Assembly (NCBI GenBank): GCA_033763455.1
Contig: JANRKO010000038.1
Coordinates: 1 to 64,000, forward strand
Source of the DNA: Polyangiaceae bacterium
GTDB lineage: Bacteria; Myxococcota_A; Polyangia; Polyangiales; Polyangiaceae
Reading direction: 5' to 3'
Length of the DNA stretch: 64,000 nt
Part shown: piece by piece, positions 15,765-26,029 of the stretch
How positions within the stretch are numbered: position 1 is the first letter of the stretch
Layout of the letters: each line of letters begins with the position of its first letter
The notes under the pieces: model-generated
What the model was told of the DNA's origin: nothing
What the model saw: only the letters and a program-made list of their open reading frames with translations
Databases searched by the model: none
Program-made: the position numbers and the translations under genes

Positions 15765-17288
15765 CTAAAGACCCGGGCTGCCACCTGCAGCCGGGCCGAA
15801 GATAAGCAGCTCACACTGATTCTGGAGGTTGCATCGGGTCCCATCCTGAAGGGGGCAATTGGGCGGAATTACCTGGCTGCACGCATTGGTGCTCCAGGCC
15901 CCGCACACCGCGTTCCAAGCCGCAGTGTTAGCATTGCAAGTAACAGAATTGAGAGCCTGAGGACACGCGGCAGAAGGGCAATAACACTCGCCAAGACTGG
16001 ATGGTGCGGCGGGATACTCGCAGGACGTACAGTCGCTGTAGTTCTGGCGGCACTGTGTGGAAGTGGGTGTGATGGGCCCATTCTCACCGCAAAACGGGAG
16101 CGGATCGTTATATGGGGCACAGACGTAATAGTTCTGCTGAACCCAGTTTGGGCAGATGGCGTTCCATGCCGCTTGATTGGCCTGACACGTCGCTCCTGAA
16201 ATGGGGACAGGGCACGTTCGATTGTCGCAGTAGCACTCGGCCTCAGATGCCGGAGCAGTCGGGAAGGTGCACGCCGGCGCGCAAGTATTGGTAGCAGCGA
16301 GGCAAGTGGCGGCGTTCAAGCCGGAGCAGACAGCCGGTGTTACGTCGAGGCAGCCAGTTTCAACAAACAGGGAGCACACTCCGTAATAGGCGGCTTGGTT
16401 GGCCTGACAAGTGGCGGCGTTGAGCGCCACAGGGCAAACGGATTGAGGGCAATAACAGTCGTTTGCTGTTGCTGGGATGGTAGGCGTGTCGCACAGAACA
16501 CAGTCTTCTGTCGCATTGCAGAATGTATCAGGGGCTCCGCTCGTGCCCCCACCGCCTACACCACCGGTGCCCGAGCCGCCCGTTCCTGCGCCGCCCACGC
16601 CCGTGGTGCCACCAGCTCCTGCACCGCCCGCTCCATTGGGCGCTCCGCCACTACCAATACTCACATCGTTTGGATCCACGCAGCGGTTCTTGCCCTGCCG
16701 ATTCGGATCCGGAACACAGGCCACCTGCTTAGCGCTGCAAGCTTGCGATTCTTTCGGGCATACCTTCTTATCGCAACGCTGCTTTTTGAATTCGGCTTGG
16801 TTGGTTTCGCAGCGTGCCGTGCTCATCACTACCGTATTACAAAATGGGCAATAACATTCTCCCGGATTGCGCGGAGCTGTGTCCCACTCGCAAGCGACGC
16901 AATCAGCCGCCGTCTGGCATTCATCGGTGGGCAAAACCAATTCGCCGCCGGGCCCCGTTCCGCCGTTAACCGGACCTTCGCCCCCGCTACCACTTCCCGT
17001 TCCCCCGCTACCACTGCCCTGCCCCGTGGTAGAGCCCGAACCGCTTCCTGGGCCACCCATGCCATTAGCACCCCCAGTTAACCCCGCAGAACCTCCCGAA
17101 CTACCTTTGGAGCCGCCGCTCTTGCCGGAATTGAAAGAGCTCCCACCCACGCCACTAACGCTGCCGCCACTGCCATCGCCCGAACCGTTCGCTCCCTGGC
17201 CGGGTTCCCCACCGTCGCACGAAGGCGCGAGAGCGCTGCCAAATAAGCCTAGTAGAAGGAGCCACGGGAAGCTGCGCACGCGGGTCAT
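15765..17288 (-). CDS. Cys-rich repeat lipoprotein with Gly-rich linkers
   Basis: Lipobox LAPSC; four copies of a C...P..P....[ED]CYC...C......TC..N module. Confidence 0.75.
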   Translation of the reverse strand: MTRVRSFPWLLLLGLFGSALAPSCDGGEPGQGANGSGDGSGGSVSGVGGSSFNSGKSGGSKGSSGGSAGLTGGANGMGGPGSGSGSTTGQGSGSGGTGSGSGGEGPVNGGTGPGGELVLPTDECQTAADCVACEWDTAPRNPGECYCPFCNTVVMSTARCETNQAEFKKQRCDKKVCPKESQACSAKQVACVPDPNRQGKNRCVDPNDVSIGSGGAPNGAGGAGAGGTTGVGGAGTGGSGTGGVGGGGTSGAPDTFCNATEDCVLCDTPTIPATANDCYCPQSVCPVALNAATCQANQAAYYGVCSLFVETGCLDVTPAVCSGLNAATCLAATNTCAPACTFPTAPASEAECYCDNRTCPVPISGATCQANQAAWNAICPNWVQQNYYVCAPYNDPLPFCGENGPITPTSTQCRQNYSDCTSCEYPAAPSSLGECYCPSAACPQALNSVTCNANTAAWNAVCGAWSTNACSQVIPPNCPLQDGTRCNLQNQCELLIFGPAAGGSPGL

Positions 17289-17350
17289 AAGGCCGGGAGC
17301 CTACGACGAAGCCGGAGTTCACGCCAGCCTTTCGGGCAAAGCCCGCGGGT

Positions 17351-17821
17351 TCACGCCACAGACAAGGACTTCAACCGTGCCCGTGATTCCATCACACCTT
17401 GCCCAGACATAGCCGCGGCCAACTTCAACATCGCGGCATCCGTTCGAACAACCCTAGAAAATGACGGGGGGCACAGCGGCAGCCGCCGAAGACTGCGTTC
17501 AAGAGTGAAGCGCAGGCGATGACTCAGATCCTCAAACAATATACCGAGACCTCGCGAGCGATCTTGCGGCCTACGCCCATGCACCACGCGCGCCACCACC
17601 GCGTCCGTATCGATCCATGTAGCGGTTCCTGGTAGGCGAAAAGAAACGATGAGCTTCTCACCCGTGAGCACCGGATCGGCAGGTGAAACCAACATCCCCG
17701 TCATGGAAAGATCCGTAATGGTGTCCGCGACCAACGAAAAGTCGCGCTCGCGCACGACCTGGCAGTCGGTGCGGACGCTGTGGCGGCTGGGGCGAAGGCG
17801 CGGAAACGACGAGGCTGACAT
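17351..17821 (-). CDS. PilZ-domain protein
   Basis: RPSR (RxxxR-like) and DLSMTG (D/NxSxxG) motifs; ARVV...GLGILF; start refined to 17821. Confidence 0.8.
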   Translation of the reverse strand: MSASSFPRLRPSRHSVRTDCQVVRERDFSLVADTITDLSMTGMLVSPADPVLTGEKLIVSFRLPGTATWIDTDAVVARVVHGRRPQDRSRGLGILFEDLSHRLRFTLERSLRRLPLCPPSFSRVVRTDAAMLKLAAAMSGQGVMESRARLKSLSVA

Positions 17822-17981
17822 CGGACTACTCCTTGGGGACGTATCTGGAATGCTAACGTTTGGCCCTCTGGAGTGGCCAAGTTCCCCGCAGTTCAAAGTT
17901 CGCACTTCAAGAAGGGGGTACGGATGCGAGGCTAGCGCACGGCCAGGAACGCCGGCTTCTTGCGATCTGCTACACTAAATC

Positions 17982-19217
17982 ATGCTCGATCTTGCAGCCA
18001 TTCAGGCCGCGGCCGTCGCCATCCGGGAAGGAGTACGGGTTTCGCCCTGTGCGTACTCGGAGCGCTTGAGTGAGCTTACGGGCACGCACCTCTTCTTTAA
18101 GCTGGAGAACCTACAACTTACCGGATCGTTTAAAGAGCGAGGCGCCTGCAACAAGTTGCTCTCGCTTTCAGCAGCTGAACGCGCCCACGGCGTTGTCGCT
18201 GCCAGCGCTGGAAATCACGCTCAAGGAGTCGCTTACCACGCCAAGCGCCTTGGTATCGATGCCACCATCGTGATGCCCGAGAGCACGCCTCTGGTGAAAA
18301 TCGCAGAGACGCGGCGACATGGGGGCAACGTGATCCTGTTCGGGCATGGCTACGACGACGCGTTTGAGGAAGCCATGCGCATCGTGCAGCGAGATGGGCG
18401 GGCCTATATTCACGCGTTCGATGACCCTGCGATTATCTGTGGGCAAGGCACGATTGGCCTAGAGCTCATGGAGCAGGTTCCGAATCTTGACGCCGTAATT
18501 GTTGCAGTGGGTGGCGGAGGCCTAGCTGGGGGGATTGCGCTTGCCGTAAAATCACTGAACCCAAAGGTGCGGGTAATTGGGGTTGAGGCAGAGCAGATGC
18601 CCACCCTGCGCAAGGCTCAAGAAGCCGGCAAGCCAGTGCGAATACAGCGACAGAAAACGCTCGCCGATGGCATCGCTGTGGGGCAAGTCGGCAACTACAC
18701 GTTCGACCTTCTCAATCGCTATCTAGACGACCTTGTGCTCGTAGACGACGAAGAGGTTGCCGAGGCCATTTTGCTTATGCTGGAGGGAGAAAAAACAGTA
18801 GCAGAAGGCGCTGGGGCAGCTCCTCTTGCTGCCTTGCGCCACCGCAACCTAGGCCTAACCGGGAAAACGGTGGCGCTGGTAGTAGGTGGGGGGAACATAG
18901 ACGTGAATCTGGTATCGCGAATCATTGAACGTGGGCTCACCAAATCTGGCCGCACCATGCGCCTACACGCTACGCTGGACGACGTACCCGGAACACTCGC
19001 TCGCCTCATCAGCCTGCTTGGCCAACAGAACGCCAACATCCTCCAAGTGGAACACGATAGGCGGCGAAGCGACGATTTTGGCAAGGTTTTTGTGGAAATA
19101 TTGGCGGAAACGCGCAGCTTCGAACACATCGAAAACATCGTCGCAACTCTCCGCTCAGCAGGCTTTCAAGATCTCCGTGTGGGCCTGCCGGCTTCCCTGC
19201 CCCCCACGCAAGCTTAG
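17982..19217 (+). CDS. ilvA: Threonine ammonia-lyase with a single C-terminal ACT domain
   Basis: KLENLQLTGSFKERGA, ASAGNHAQG, VGGGGL, GGNID; ACT motif DDVPGTLA. Confidence 0.92.
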   Translation: MLDLAAIQAAAVAIREGVRVSPCAYSERLSELTGTHLFFKLENLQLTGSFKERGACNKLLSLSAAERAHGVVAASAGNHAQGVAYHAKRLGIDATIVMPESTPLVKIAETRRHGGNVILFGHGYDDAFEEAMRIVQRDGRAYIHAFDDPAIICGQGTIGLELMEQVPNLDAVIVAVGGGGLAGGIALAVKSLNPKVRVIGVEAEQMPTLRKAQEAGKPVRIQRQKTLADGIAVGQVGNYTFDLLNRYLDDLVLVDDEEVAEAILLMLEGEKTVAEGAGAAPLAALRHRNLGLTGKTVALVVGGGNIDVNLVSRIIERGLTKSGRTMRLHATLDDVPGTLARLISLLGQQNANILQVEHDRRRSDDFGKVFVEILAETRSFEHIENIVATLRSAGFQDLRVGLPASLPPTQA

Positions 19218-19226
19218 GTCAAAGCC

Positions 19227-21053
19227 TCACTCCGGCTTTTGCCACGTGAGTGGCCCTTCCGCGAATGCATTCGCGGACGCAGACTTACTTGCAACCAGCA
19301 CGTAGCCATCTTCGCTCACAAAAAGCGGCCGCAGCGAGATTTTGCCCAAGATCTTGTGGTGAGTTAGATCTACAACATACGGGCTAACCACCGCCGCGGC
19401 TGTGCCCTGAATCACGTACGGCAAAAGATCCACTTCCACACCAAGATCACGCAATTCACCGTTTTCTAGGTCCACCCAGAAGAGCTTCCGCCCGCGTTTT
19501 ATCAACGCTTCCTCGCCTGGAGCCGCCCCCCGAGATGCACCGTTCGAGCCTTCACTGCCAAATGCCACCACAGCATCGTCCGGCAACAACCCCAGAAGTT
19601 TGTCCCGATCCATGTTCAAAATCGCGGTAAGTGCCCCTGGATAGAGAGGGACGTAGCGTGCTGGCGGCAACCACCGATCGAGACCAAGCGGACGCAGCTC
19701 AATGCCCAAATCCTTCACCCCGCTGCCATCAAACAGCTGTAACTTTGACAGAGCGACCGGTTTGTCGTGCGTGCAAACGAACACCACTTTACCCCGCCTC
19801 GAATCGACATGCCAGACAACCGCCGAGCACTTGGCGGAAGCCAACAACTGGCGCACGTCGCCTTTCTCCAACCACAGGCTACGGTCGGTGCCGCGCACTA
19901 AGAATTTGTCAGCAACAGGCGCGATCAACCCCGGCACACTGATTGGGGTGGCCACTCTCGGCAACGAATCCACTCTCGGCAACGAATCCGCTCTCGGCAA
20001 CGAATCCGCTCTCGGACCTTGGACAGCAAAGGTGAGCTCAGCAACCTCGTTCGTAACGGCGTCAACCGCGTCGAGCCAGGCGGGGAGCCTCGGGATCGGA
20101 ACGAACTTCTGACAGCTATAAGGCGCAGTCGCGAGCGGAATCGGTAAATCTAGGCGACCATTTTTGTTCGTGTCGTCCTCCACCCGCTTGAACAGGAGTG
20201 CGTCACCGCCGGGTGCAAACTCAAGCCGCACAAGCGCACCTCGCCCAATCTCAACCGAAACCTCAGCACCCGTTTCGAGGTGCCTTACGACCACACTCAA
20301 GTTCTCGCAACCCGAAGTGGCACAGCTTTCGCCTGAGCGTGTGCGCGGGACCTTTAAGTACGCTAAGAGCGGCCGCGTTGGATGAAACGAGAGAGCACGG
20401 TGCGCCAAGTAGAGCGAGCGATCGGAGGCAGTGTCAGCGCCGAGATCAGCCAGAGAGAGCTCAGTGTTCGCGCGGGCGTCGATGAGCCGAACAGAGCCTT
20501 CCTGCCGTACAATAAGCCACCGTCCGCTCGGATCTGTGGCCAAGAGCTCCCCCACAAGCTCGCGGCCCCCGAAGGCAATGTACGGCACCATCACGTCCCC
20601 GCTCCGTGTGCCATCAGGAGCTAACCGCACGGTGATGCTCCCGTCCCCATCCGTGTCGGCTCTGGCTTGGCAATACGCCGTCCAGGTGCCATCGGGAGCA
20701 GCAGCCTCAAACACGAGGGGGCCATCGGTGCCGAAAGGACCCCGTGAAACCTGTTGGTTCGGCGATGCCTCGGCGGACACACCCGCTGAAGACGGTACAA
20801 TCAACGCCCCGCTCATTCCGCCCGTCGCGTCAACGCCCGTCGGGGCACGCCGCGGCGCTTCTACGGACACCGCGGGTGCACCGCTCGGCGAAACCACCGA
20901 TGGGACAGCCGGGCCACACGCAAAGCCAACAACAGCCAACCCCCCCACCCACACTGCCTGCGCGGCCCTCCGAAGCGTTACACCTGTCACCGCTACTAGG
21001 GGAGACCACCAACCAAACACCTGCATCACAACTCCTCCCGAACACCGCCGCAC
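19227..21053 (-). CDS. Hypothetical lipoprotein, beta-rich or propeller-like (start uncertain)
   Basis: Long ORF with possible lipobox GFAC and DxDxDG-like motifs (DTDGDG, DTNKNG). Confidence 0.6.
   Translation of the reverse strand: MRRCSGGVVMQVFGWWSPLVAVTGVTLRRAAQAVWVGGLAVVGFACGPAVPSVVSPSGAPAVSVEAPRRAPTGVDATGGMSGALIVPSSAGVSAEASPNQQVSRGPFGTDGPLVFEAAAPDGTWTAYCQARADTDGDGSITVRLAPDGTRSGDVMVPYIAFGGRELVGELLATDPSGRWLIVRQEGSVRLIDARANTELSLADLGADTASDRSLYLAHRALSFHPTRPLLAYLKVPRTRSGESCATSGCENLSVVVRHLETGAEVSVEIGRGALVRLEFAPGGDALLFKRVEDDTNKNGRLDLPIPLATAPYSCQKFVPIPRLPAWLDAVDAVTNEVAELTFAVQGPRADSLPRADSLPRVDSLPRVATPISVPGLIAPVADKFLVRGTDRSLWLEKGDVRQLLASAKCSAVVWHVDSRRGKVVFVCTHDKPVALSKLQLFDGSGVKDLGIELRPLGLDRWLPPARYVPLYPGALTAILNMDRDKLLGLLPDDAVVAFGSEGSNGASRGAAPGEEALIKRGRKLFWVDLENGELRDLGVEVDLLPYVIQGTAAAVVSPYVVDLTHHKILGKISLRPLFVSEDGYVLVASKSASANAFAEGPLTWQKPE
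19955..20015. repeat. In-frame 18-bp tandem repeat (about 3.4 copies) encoding PR[AV]DSL
   Basis: CTCTCGGCAACGAATCC(A/G) repeated. Confidence 0.9.
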
Positions 21054-21152
21054 ATCACAACATCTCCGATGCCGAGCAGCCCCACACGCGTATCACGACT
21101 CAGTTGGGGCACGATTAGAGCCTCAGGTGGCGGTAAATTCCTGGTAAGCTGC

Positions 21153-21505
21153 CACACATGCTTCGCATGAGACGCAACCCACCCGTTGGCGCCAAGTTAT
21201 GGGCATGCGGGCACCACCACACCCCTCCTCCAACAAGTGAACACAAGATACTTCGCATGCTAAGCACCTCACCCGCACCAGCACCAGCACCAGCACCAGC
21301 ACCAAAGAAGGCGCTGAACTCACTCGCACCCAAGATTGGCTCCCGCCAAACCGCTACTCCACCCGTACACAAGATACTTCGCATGCTTAACACCTTGCTC
21401 GCAACGAAGAGGGCGCTAACCACCTCACTCCCAACAAAGAGCGGCTGCCACCAAAACACAAGATACTTCGCATGCTAAGCACCTCACTCGCACCGAAGAG
21501 GGAGG
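21153..21505. repeat. Intergenic degenerate repeat array of ~90-bp units with an internal (GCACCA)5 microsatellite
   Basis: ACACAAGATACTTCGCATGCT starts at 21241, 21367 and 21456, with a degenerate copy near 21153; GCACCA x5 at 21275-21304. Confidence 0.85.
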
Positions 21506-22035
21506 CCTCCCGAATCTCAAGCCATGCCTCGCATAAGGGGCGAGGACCCTCTCCGCTACTGGCCCTCTTGCTCAGCGTTGCCATTGCCTTCACCGGCGCT
21601 CCTTTGTGTGGTTGTGCAGACAAGTCCGACATTTCACTCACCGCCACAATGTCTGAGCCGCACGGGAGCGCCACGGCGGGCGTATTTGGCGCAACCTTTA
21701 CGGGAGACTCCACGTTGGTACTCCAAGTTGGCGAGCAATCATCCGGCACGAGCACCGTAACGCTAGAAAGCTTTTCTCTCAATAGCGCAAGCCTTGAGAG
21801 TTTGGTCTCGCCGTTGAACGCCAAACCCCGGGGAGCTCAGTTACCAATAGTGGTCTCGCCGGGGCCAGCCACAAAAGTCGTATTTGACCTCGGCCCCACC
21901 GAGCTTTCTGAAGCTCAAAGGACACGTATCTGTGGTGAATCGGTCCTCTACGTTGCCAGCATCAGCGATAGCTTGAGCGGCGGCCAAGTGAGTCAAGTTC
22001 AGGGGCCGGCGTTCACCGTGAGCTGCTTGCCATGA
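21472..22035 (+). CDS. Hypothetical lipoprotein (true start probably downstream of 21472)
   Basis: Hydrophobic stretch ending LCGC; stop overlaps the ATG of the mutase gene (ATGA). Confidence 0.6.
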   Translation: MLSTSLAPKREASRISSHASHKGRGPSPLLALLLSVAIAFTGAPLCGCADKSDISLTATMSEPHGSATAGVFGATFTGDSTLVLQVGEQSSGTSTVTLESFSLNSASLESLVSPLNAKPRGAQLPIVVSPGPATKVVFDLGPTELSEAQRTRICGESVLYVASISDSLSGGQVSQVQGPAFTVSCLP

Positions 22036-23630
22036 CCCCACCAGTTCGCAAATCCAAGTTTACTACATCGAGCGGCTTTGAGGTTCCTGCCGCCCTATCC
22101 GCCGAGGAGGTGCCGCTCGCGCCTGATACGGATCTTGGGGCCCCTGGCCAATACCCCTTCACACGCGGAGTGCAGGAGAGCATGTACCGTGGGCGGCTCT
22201 GGACGATGCGAATGTTTGCGGGGTTTGGAACGCCCGAACAGACGAATGCTCGCTTTCGTTACTTGCTCGAACAGGGGCAAACAGGGCTTTCTACTGCGTT
22301 CGATTTTCCAACTCTCATGGGCTACGATTCGGATTCGCCGCGAGCACTGGGCGAGGTGGGTATGTGTGGCGTCGCCGTCGACACTGTGCGCGACATGCAA
22401 GTGCTATTCGACCAAATTCCGCTGGATCGAGTGACAACCTCGATGACAATTAACGGCCCCGCGCTTGCCATACTTGGCTTCTACGTGGCACACGCCGACC
22501 AACGCGTTATCGCTCGTTCAGCACTCGGAGGTACAATTCAGAACGACTGCCTCAAAGAATTCATTGCACAGCACGCGTGGCTCGTTCCCCCACGCCCGGC
22601 AATGCGCATCGTGACGGACATGATCGAGTTCTGCTCCCGTGAGATGCCACGCTGGAATACGGTAAGTATCAGCGGCTACCACATTCGAGAAGCCGGAGCC
22701 ACGGCCGCCGAGGAGCTAGCTTTTACCTTGGCTGATGGAATTGAATACGTCACCCACTGCATCGAACGTGGGCTTAATGTTGACTCCTTTGCTCCGCGGC
22801 TCAGCTTCTTCTTCGATGTTCACAATGATTTCTTCGAAGAAATCGCCAAATTTCGCGCAGCACGCCGTATGTGGGCTCGCCTTATGAAAGAGCGCTTTGG
22901 GGCCAAGCACGAAGCCAGCATGAAGCTGCGCACCCATGCGCAAACCGCAGGGGTATCGCTCACGGCTCAACAACCTCAAAACAATATCGCCCGTGTTGCG
23001 CTCCAAGCGTTGGCGGCAGTACTCGGAGGCACGCAATCCCTTCACACCAATTCGCTCGACGAAACCTATGCGCTCCCTACCGAAGAAGCCGTTACCATTG
23101 CTTTGCGCACACAGCAGATTATCGCCGAAGAATCCGGCGTAGCCAACACTATTGATCCGCTCGCGGGCAGCTACTACGTAGAGTGGCTTACCAACAAGAT
23201 TGAGGCAGAAGCGCTCCAGAAGATCGCCAAAATCGACGAACTCGGCGGCATGGTGCGCGCGATTGAGCAAGGCTTCCCCCAGCGCGAAATTGCGCGGTCC
23301 GCGTACGCGTTCGAACAGAGCGTGAACCGCGGAGAAAGCATCATTGTTGGAGTGAACGACTACAAGCAGGGCGGGGGCTCAAAGATCCCCACGCTGAAGG
23401 TGGACGAGAGTGTTCAAAAGTCCCAGCTTTTGGCGCTGGCCAAAGTGAAAGCCGAGCGGAGCGCCACCGACGTTGCCCGCTCTTTAGCCGAGCTTCGTGC
23501 GGCCGCTCGTGGGGACAATAACCTCATGCCAAAAGTGATCGCGTGTGGTCACGCCTATTGCAGCGAGCAAGAGATCTGCGACGTGCTTCGTGATGTTATG
23601 GGCGCCTATACGGATCCCGCGCTGTTCTGA
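22032..23630 (+). CDS. B12-dependent acyl-CoA mutase large subunit, isobutyryl-CoA mutase (IcmA)-like
   Basis: [51 protein letters not shown]; no DxHxxG cobalamin-binding domain (split type). Confidence 0.9.
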   Translation: MTPPVRKSKFTTSSGFEVPAALSAEEVPLAPDTDLGAPGQYPFTRGVQESMYRGRLWTMRMFAGFGTPEQTNARFRYLLEQGQTGLSTAFDFPTLMGYDSDSPRALGEVGMCGVAVDTVRDMQVLFDQIPLDRVTTSMTINGPALAILGFYVAHADQRVIARSALGGTIQNDCLKEFIAQHAWLVPPRPAMRIVTDMIEFCSREMPRWNTVSISGYHIREAGATAAEELAFTLADGIEYVTHCIERGLNVDSFAPRLSFFFDVHNDFFEEIAKFRAARRMWARLMKERFGAKHEASMKLRTHAQTAGVSLTAQQPQNNIARVALQALAAVLGGTQSLHTNSLDETYALPTEEAVTIALRTQQIIAEESGVANTIDPLAGSYYVEWLTNKIEAEALQKIAKIDELGGMVRAIEQGFPQREIARSAYAFEQSVNRGESIIVGVNDYKQGGGSKIPTLKVDESVQKSQLLALAKVKAERSATDVARSLAELRAAARGDNNLMPKVIACGHAYCSEQEICDVLRDVMGAYTDPALF

Positions 23631-23675
23631 AATCCAGAGCAATGCCCACACCCTGAAATTCACGATTGCGAAAAA

Positions 23676-24731
23676 CTAACCGCCGTCTTTGCCCACCTTG
23701 GGGTTCACGGGCGAAACGGCGACCCAGAGGCCACTTTTTGAGGCCGGCTTAGGAGCATGAAGCGGGCGCTCTTTTTTCGGATCTTGCTCGGTGGAATAAA
23801 TTCCACTCGGATACGCATCATCACCAGTTGTAGGCGGCGCCATGCTCTCAATTGCTGGTGGAGTGAGAGAGCGTGTAGCAGCCGCACGTGCGAAGGCTGG
23901 TGGAGTGACCGAACGTGTGCCGGCTGGACGTGCAGCCGTGGGTGAGCTTTGTGGGTCAGAAATATCCACCGACTTCATCATCCCACTCGGTGAATGGCGC
24001 GATGCCTTGCGGCGCGCTTCAGGCTCGATATTCCACTGGCTCACCCGCGAATCCGCGAGCCGCGCTGACGCCAAGATCTGCTCGACTTCGGCGCTGAGTT
24101 GCCCAAATTGCACGGGCCTAGATGAATGAGGCCGATTATCACGCAGCGCCTGGGGCGGAGCCAAGACCTCTGAAGGACCTCGCACGGAGCTGTAGGTTAC
24201 CTCAACGCGACAGCGGTCACCCACACTCTGCGCAGTTGCAACGAGAGACCCACTGCTCTCCATCGCGAAGCGTTCTGCGGCGAGAACAGCACCCGTGGCC
24301 ATCTTGCCCAGAAGGCGTGTGGCTCGCGGCCGCGCATTCACGCCCAGTAACCAACCAAAACCCTGCGGTGATTTGGTGAGATCCATCACCGGCTCAACAC
24401 CCACGAACGGGCCGCCCAGCCAGCCTCGCAACCGCTGAACCGTGCCCAGCAAATCGTACCCCACCACAAGCGTGCTACTTTGAGCCAAGGCGCGAGCGGC
24501 CAACTCCTCGAACAAATGCTCCAGAACCCGCTCACCGAGCAACCCATCGAGTACGCCAAAGAACTCTTCCGCCTCATCCAAACTGACAGCATCTTGCGAG
24601 CCCTGAATGAGCACCACCTGGCTCAAACGTTCCGGGAGTGCGGCACTTAGGCGTTCAAGCACAGATGCACCGCGCGTGCGCCCAATGAGCTCCCAAACAT
24701 CACGTAAGAATTTGCGTCGAAACTGCCCCAT
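23676..24731 (-). CDS. Hypothetical protein (globular N-domain, Pro/Ser-rich tail)
   Basis: 351-aa ORF co-oriented with its neighbours; no motif recognised with confidence. Confidence 0.6.
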   Translation of the reverse strand: MGQFRRKFLRDVWELIGRTRGASVLERLSAALPERLSQVVLIQGSQDAVSLDEAEEFFGVLDGLLGERVLEHLFEELAARALAQSSTLVVGYDLLGTVQRLRGWLGGPFVGVEPVMDLTKSPQGFGWLLGVNARPRATRLLGKMATGAVLAAERFAMESSGSLVATAQSVGDRCRVEVTYSSVRGPSEVLAPPQALRDNRPHSSRPVQFGQLSAEVEQILASARLADSRVSQWNIEPEARRKASRHSPSGMMKSVDISDPQSSPTAARPAGTRSVTPPAFARAAATRSLTPPAIESMAPPTTGDDAYPSGIYSTEQDPKKERPLHAPKPASKSGLWVAVSPVNPKVGKDGG

Positions 24732-24768
24732 GTGCGGTGGGCTCCCTAAACCCGAGGGGCAGCATACC

Positions 24769-25959
24769 CTAACGTTCGAGCGCAGCCACTAGATCTCGGA
24801 TGAGGTCCGCGGATTCTTCTACGCCCACCGAAAGCCGGATCAGGGCGGGGTCGATCCCGATTTGCGACAATTCCACCTCAGAAAGCTCAAAAAAGCTCAT
24901 GATCGCTGGCTGTTCGATCAGTGTTTCCACGCCGCCGAGCGAGGGCGCCAGCGCCGCAATCTTGGAACCATCCACAACCTTGGATGCAGCAGCTTTTCCG
25001 CCCTTCACGATGAAGCTAACCACGCCCCCGCCGCCCTGCATTTGAGCGGTAGCAATGGAAAAGGACGGATGGCTCTCCAGAAACGGATAGTAGACGGACT
25101 CAACGCGCGGATGCTTTTCCAGTGCACGCGCCACTTCGAGCGCGCTGGCATTCTGTCGTACCACCCGCAGCCCGAGCGTTTTCAAGCCTCTGGAAATCAT
25201 GAACGCAGCGTGCGGATCGAGCACCGCACCGGTAATGCCCCGATGATCGCGCAGCAGCGAAATGAGGTGAGGCGCACCTACGACAACCCCACCCAACACG
25301 TCGTTGTGGCCGCTTAGGTACTTGGTGGCACTGTGCACCACTAGATCGATCCCAAACATGATCGGGCGGCAGTTAATCGGCGTAGCAAAAGTAGAATCCA
25401 CCAGCGTTTTGACGCGGCCGTGTGCTTTGCAAATCTTCGCGAGCGCTTCCAGATCTACGCAATATTGATATGGGTTCGTCGGTGATTCGCTCACCACCAA
25501 GCGCGTGTTGGGGCGAAGCGCAGCCTCTAGCCCGGCCAGATCACCCGGTTCCACAACGCTATGTTCGACGCCGAAGCGGGACATGGTTGCGGTAACGAGC
25601 TGACGCGTACGCCTGTAGCAGTCCCGAAACAACACAATGTGATCGCCCGCGCGCGTGAGGCCCAAAATGGCTCCTGTTACCGCAGCCATGCCGCTTGAAA
25701 ACGCCACCGCGTCCCCACCACCCTCCAGCACGGCCATGCGATTCTCAAATTCGCGCACCGTCGGGTTGCCATAGCGGCCGTACTCCTCGCGCTCAGGATC
25801 GGCGTCCTCGCCGCGCATGTATTGTTCAAGATCTGCCGTATCTTCGAACGTGTAAGTTGCCGTGAGCGCGATTGCTGGAGCCAGCGCGTGGTGAGGCCGT
25901 TTACGGGGTACGCCGCCGTGAACGGCCAGCGTGGAGTTAGCAACTTCCTTCTTAGTCAT
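24769..25959 (-). CDS. Cystathionine gamma-synthase family PLP enzyme (trans-sulfuration)
   Basis: EYGRYGNPT, FSSGMAA, ESPTNP, DSTFATP, HSATKYLSGH, PSLGGVE; start refined to 25959. Confidence 0.9.
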   Translation of the reverse strand: MTKKEVANSTLAVHGGVPRKRPHHALAPAIALTATYTFEDTADLEQYMRGEDADPEREEYGRYGNPTVREFENRMAVLEGGGDAVAFSSGMAAVTGAILGLTRAGDHIVLFRDCYRRTRQLVTATMSRFGVEHSVVEPGDLAGLEAALRPNTRLVVSESPTNPYQYCVDLEALAKICKAHGRVKTLVDSTFATPINCRPIMFGIDLVVHSATKYLSGHNDVLGGVVVGAPHLISLLRDHRGITGAVLDPHAAFMISRGLKTLGLRVVRQNASALEVARALEKHPRVESVYYPFLESHPSFSIATAQMQGGGGVVSFIVKGGKAAASKVVDGSKIAALAPSLGGVETLIEQPAIMSFFELSEVELSQIGIDPALIRLSVGVEESADLIRDLVAALER

Positions 25960-26029
25960 TAGCGAGCATGAGGGGTTAGCATGAACCGGTTGGGTGTAAA
26001 GGCCCGAACGATCCGTAGGCAATGAGCTC

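Noticed and set aside
21153..21505. CRISPR array
   Set aside because: Only 3-4 degenerate repeats; the spacers are long, unequal and similar to one another; no cas genes are in the window.
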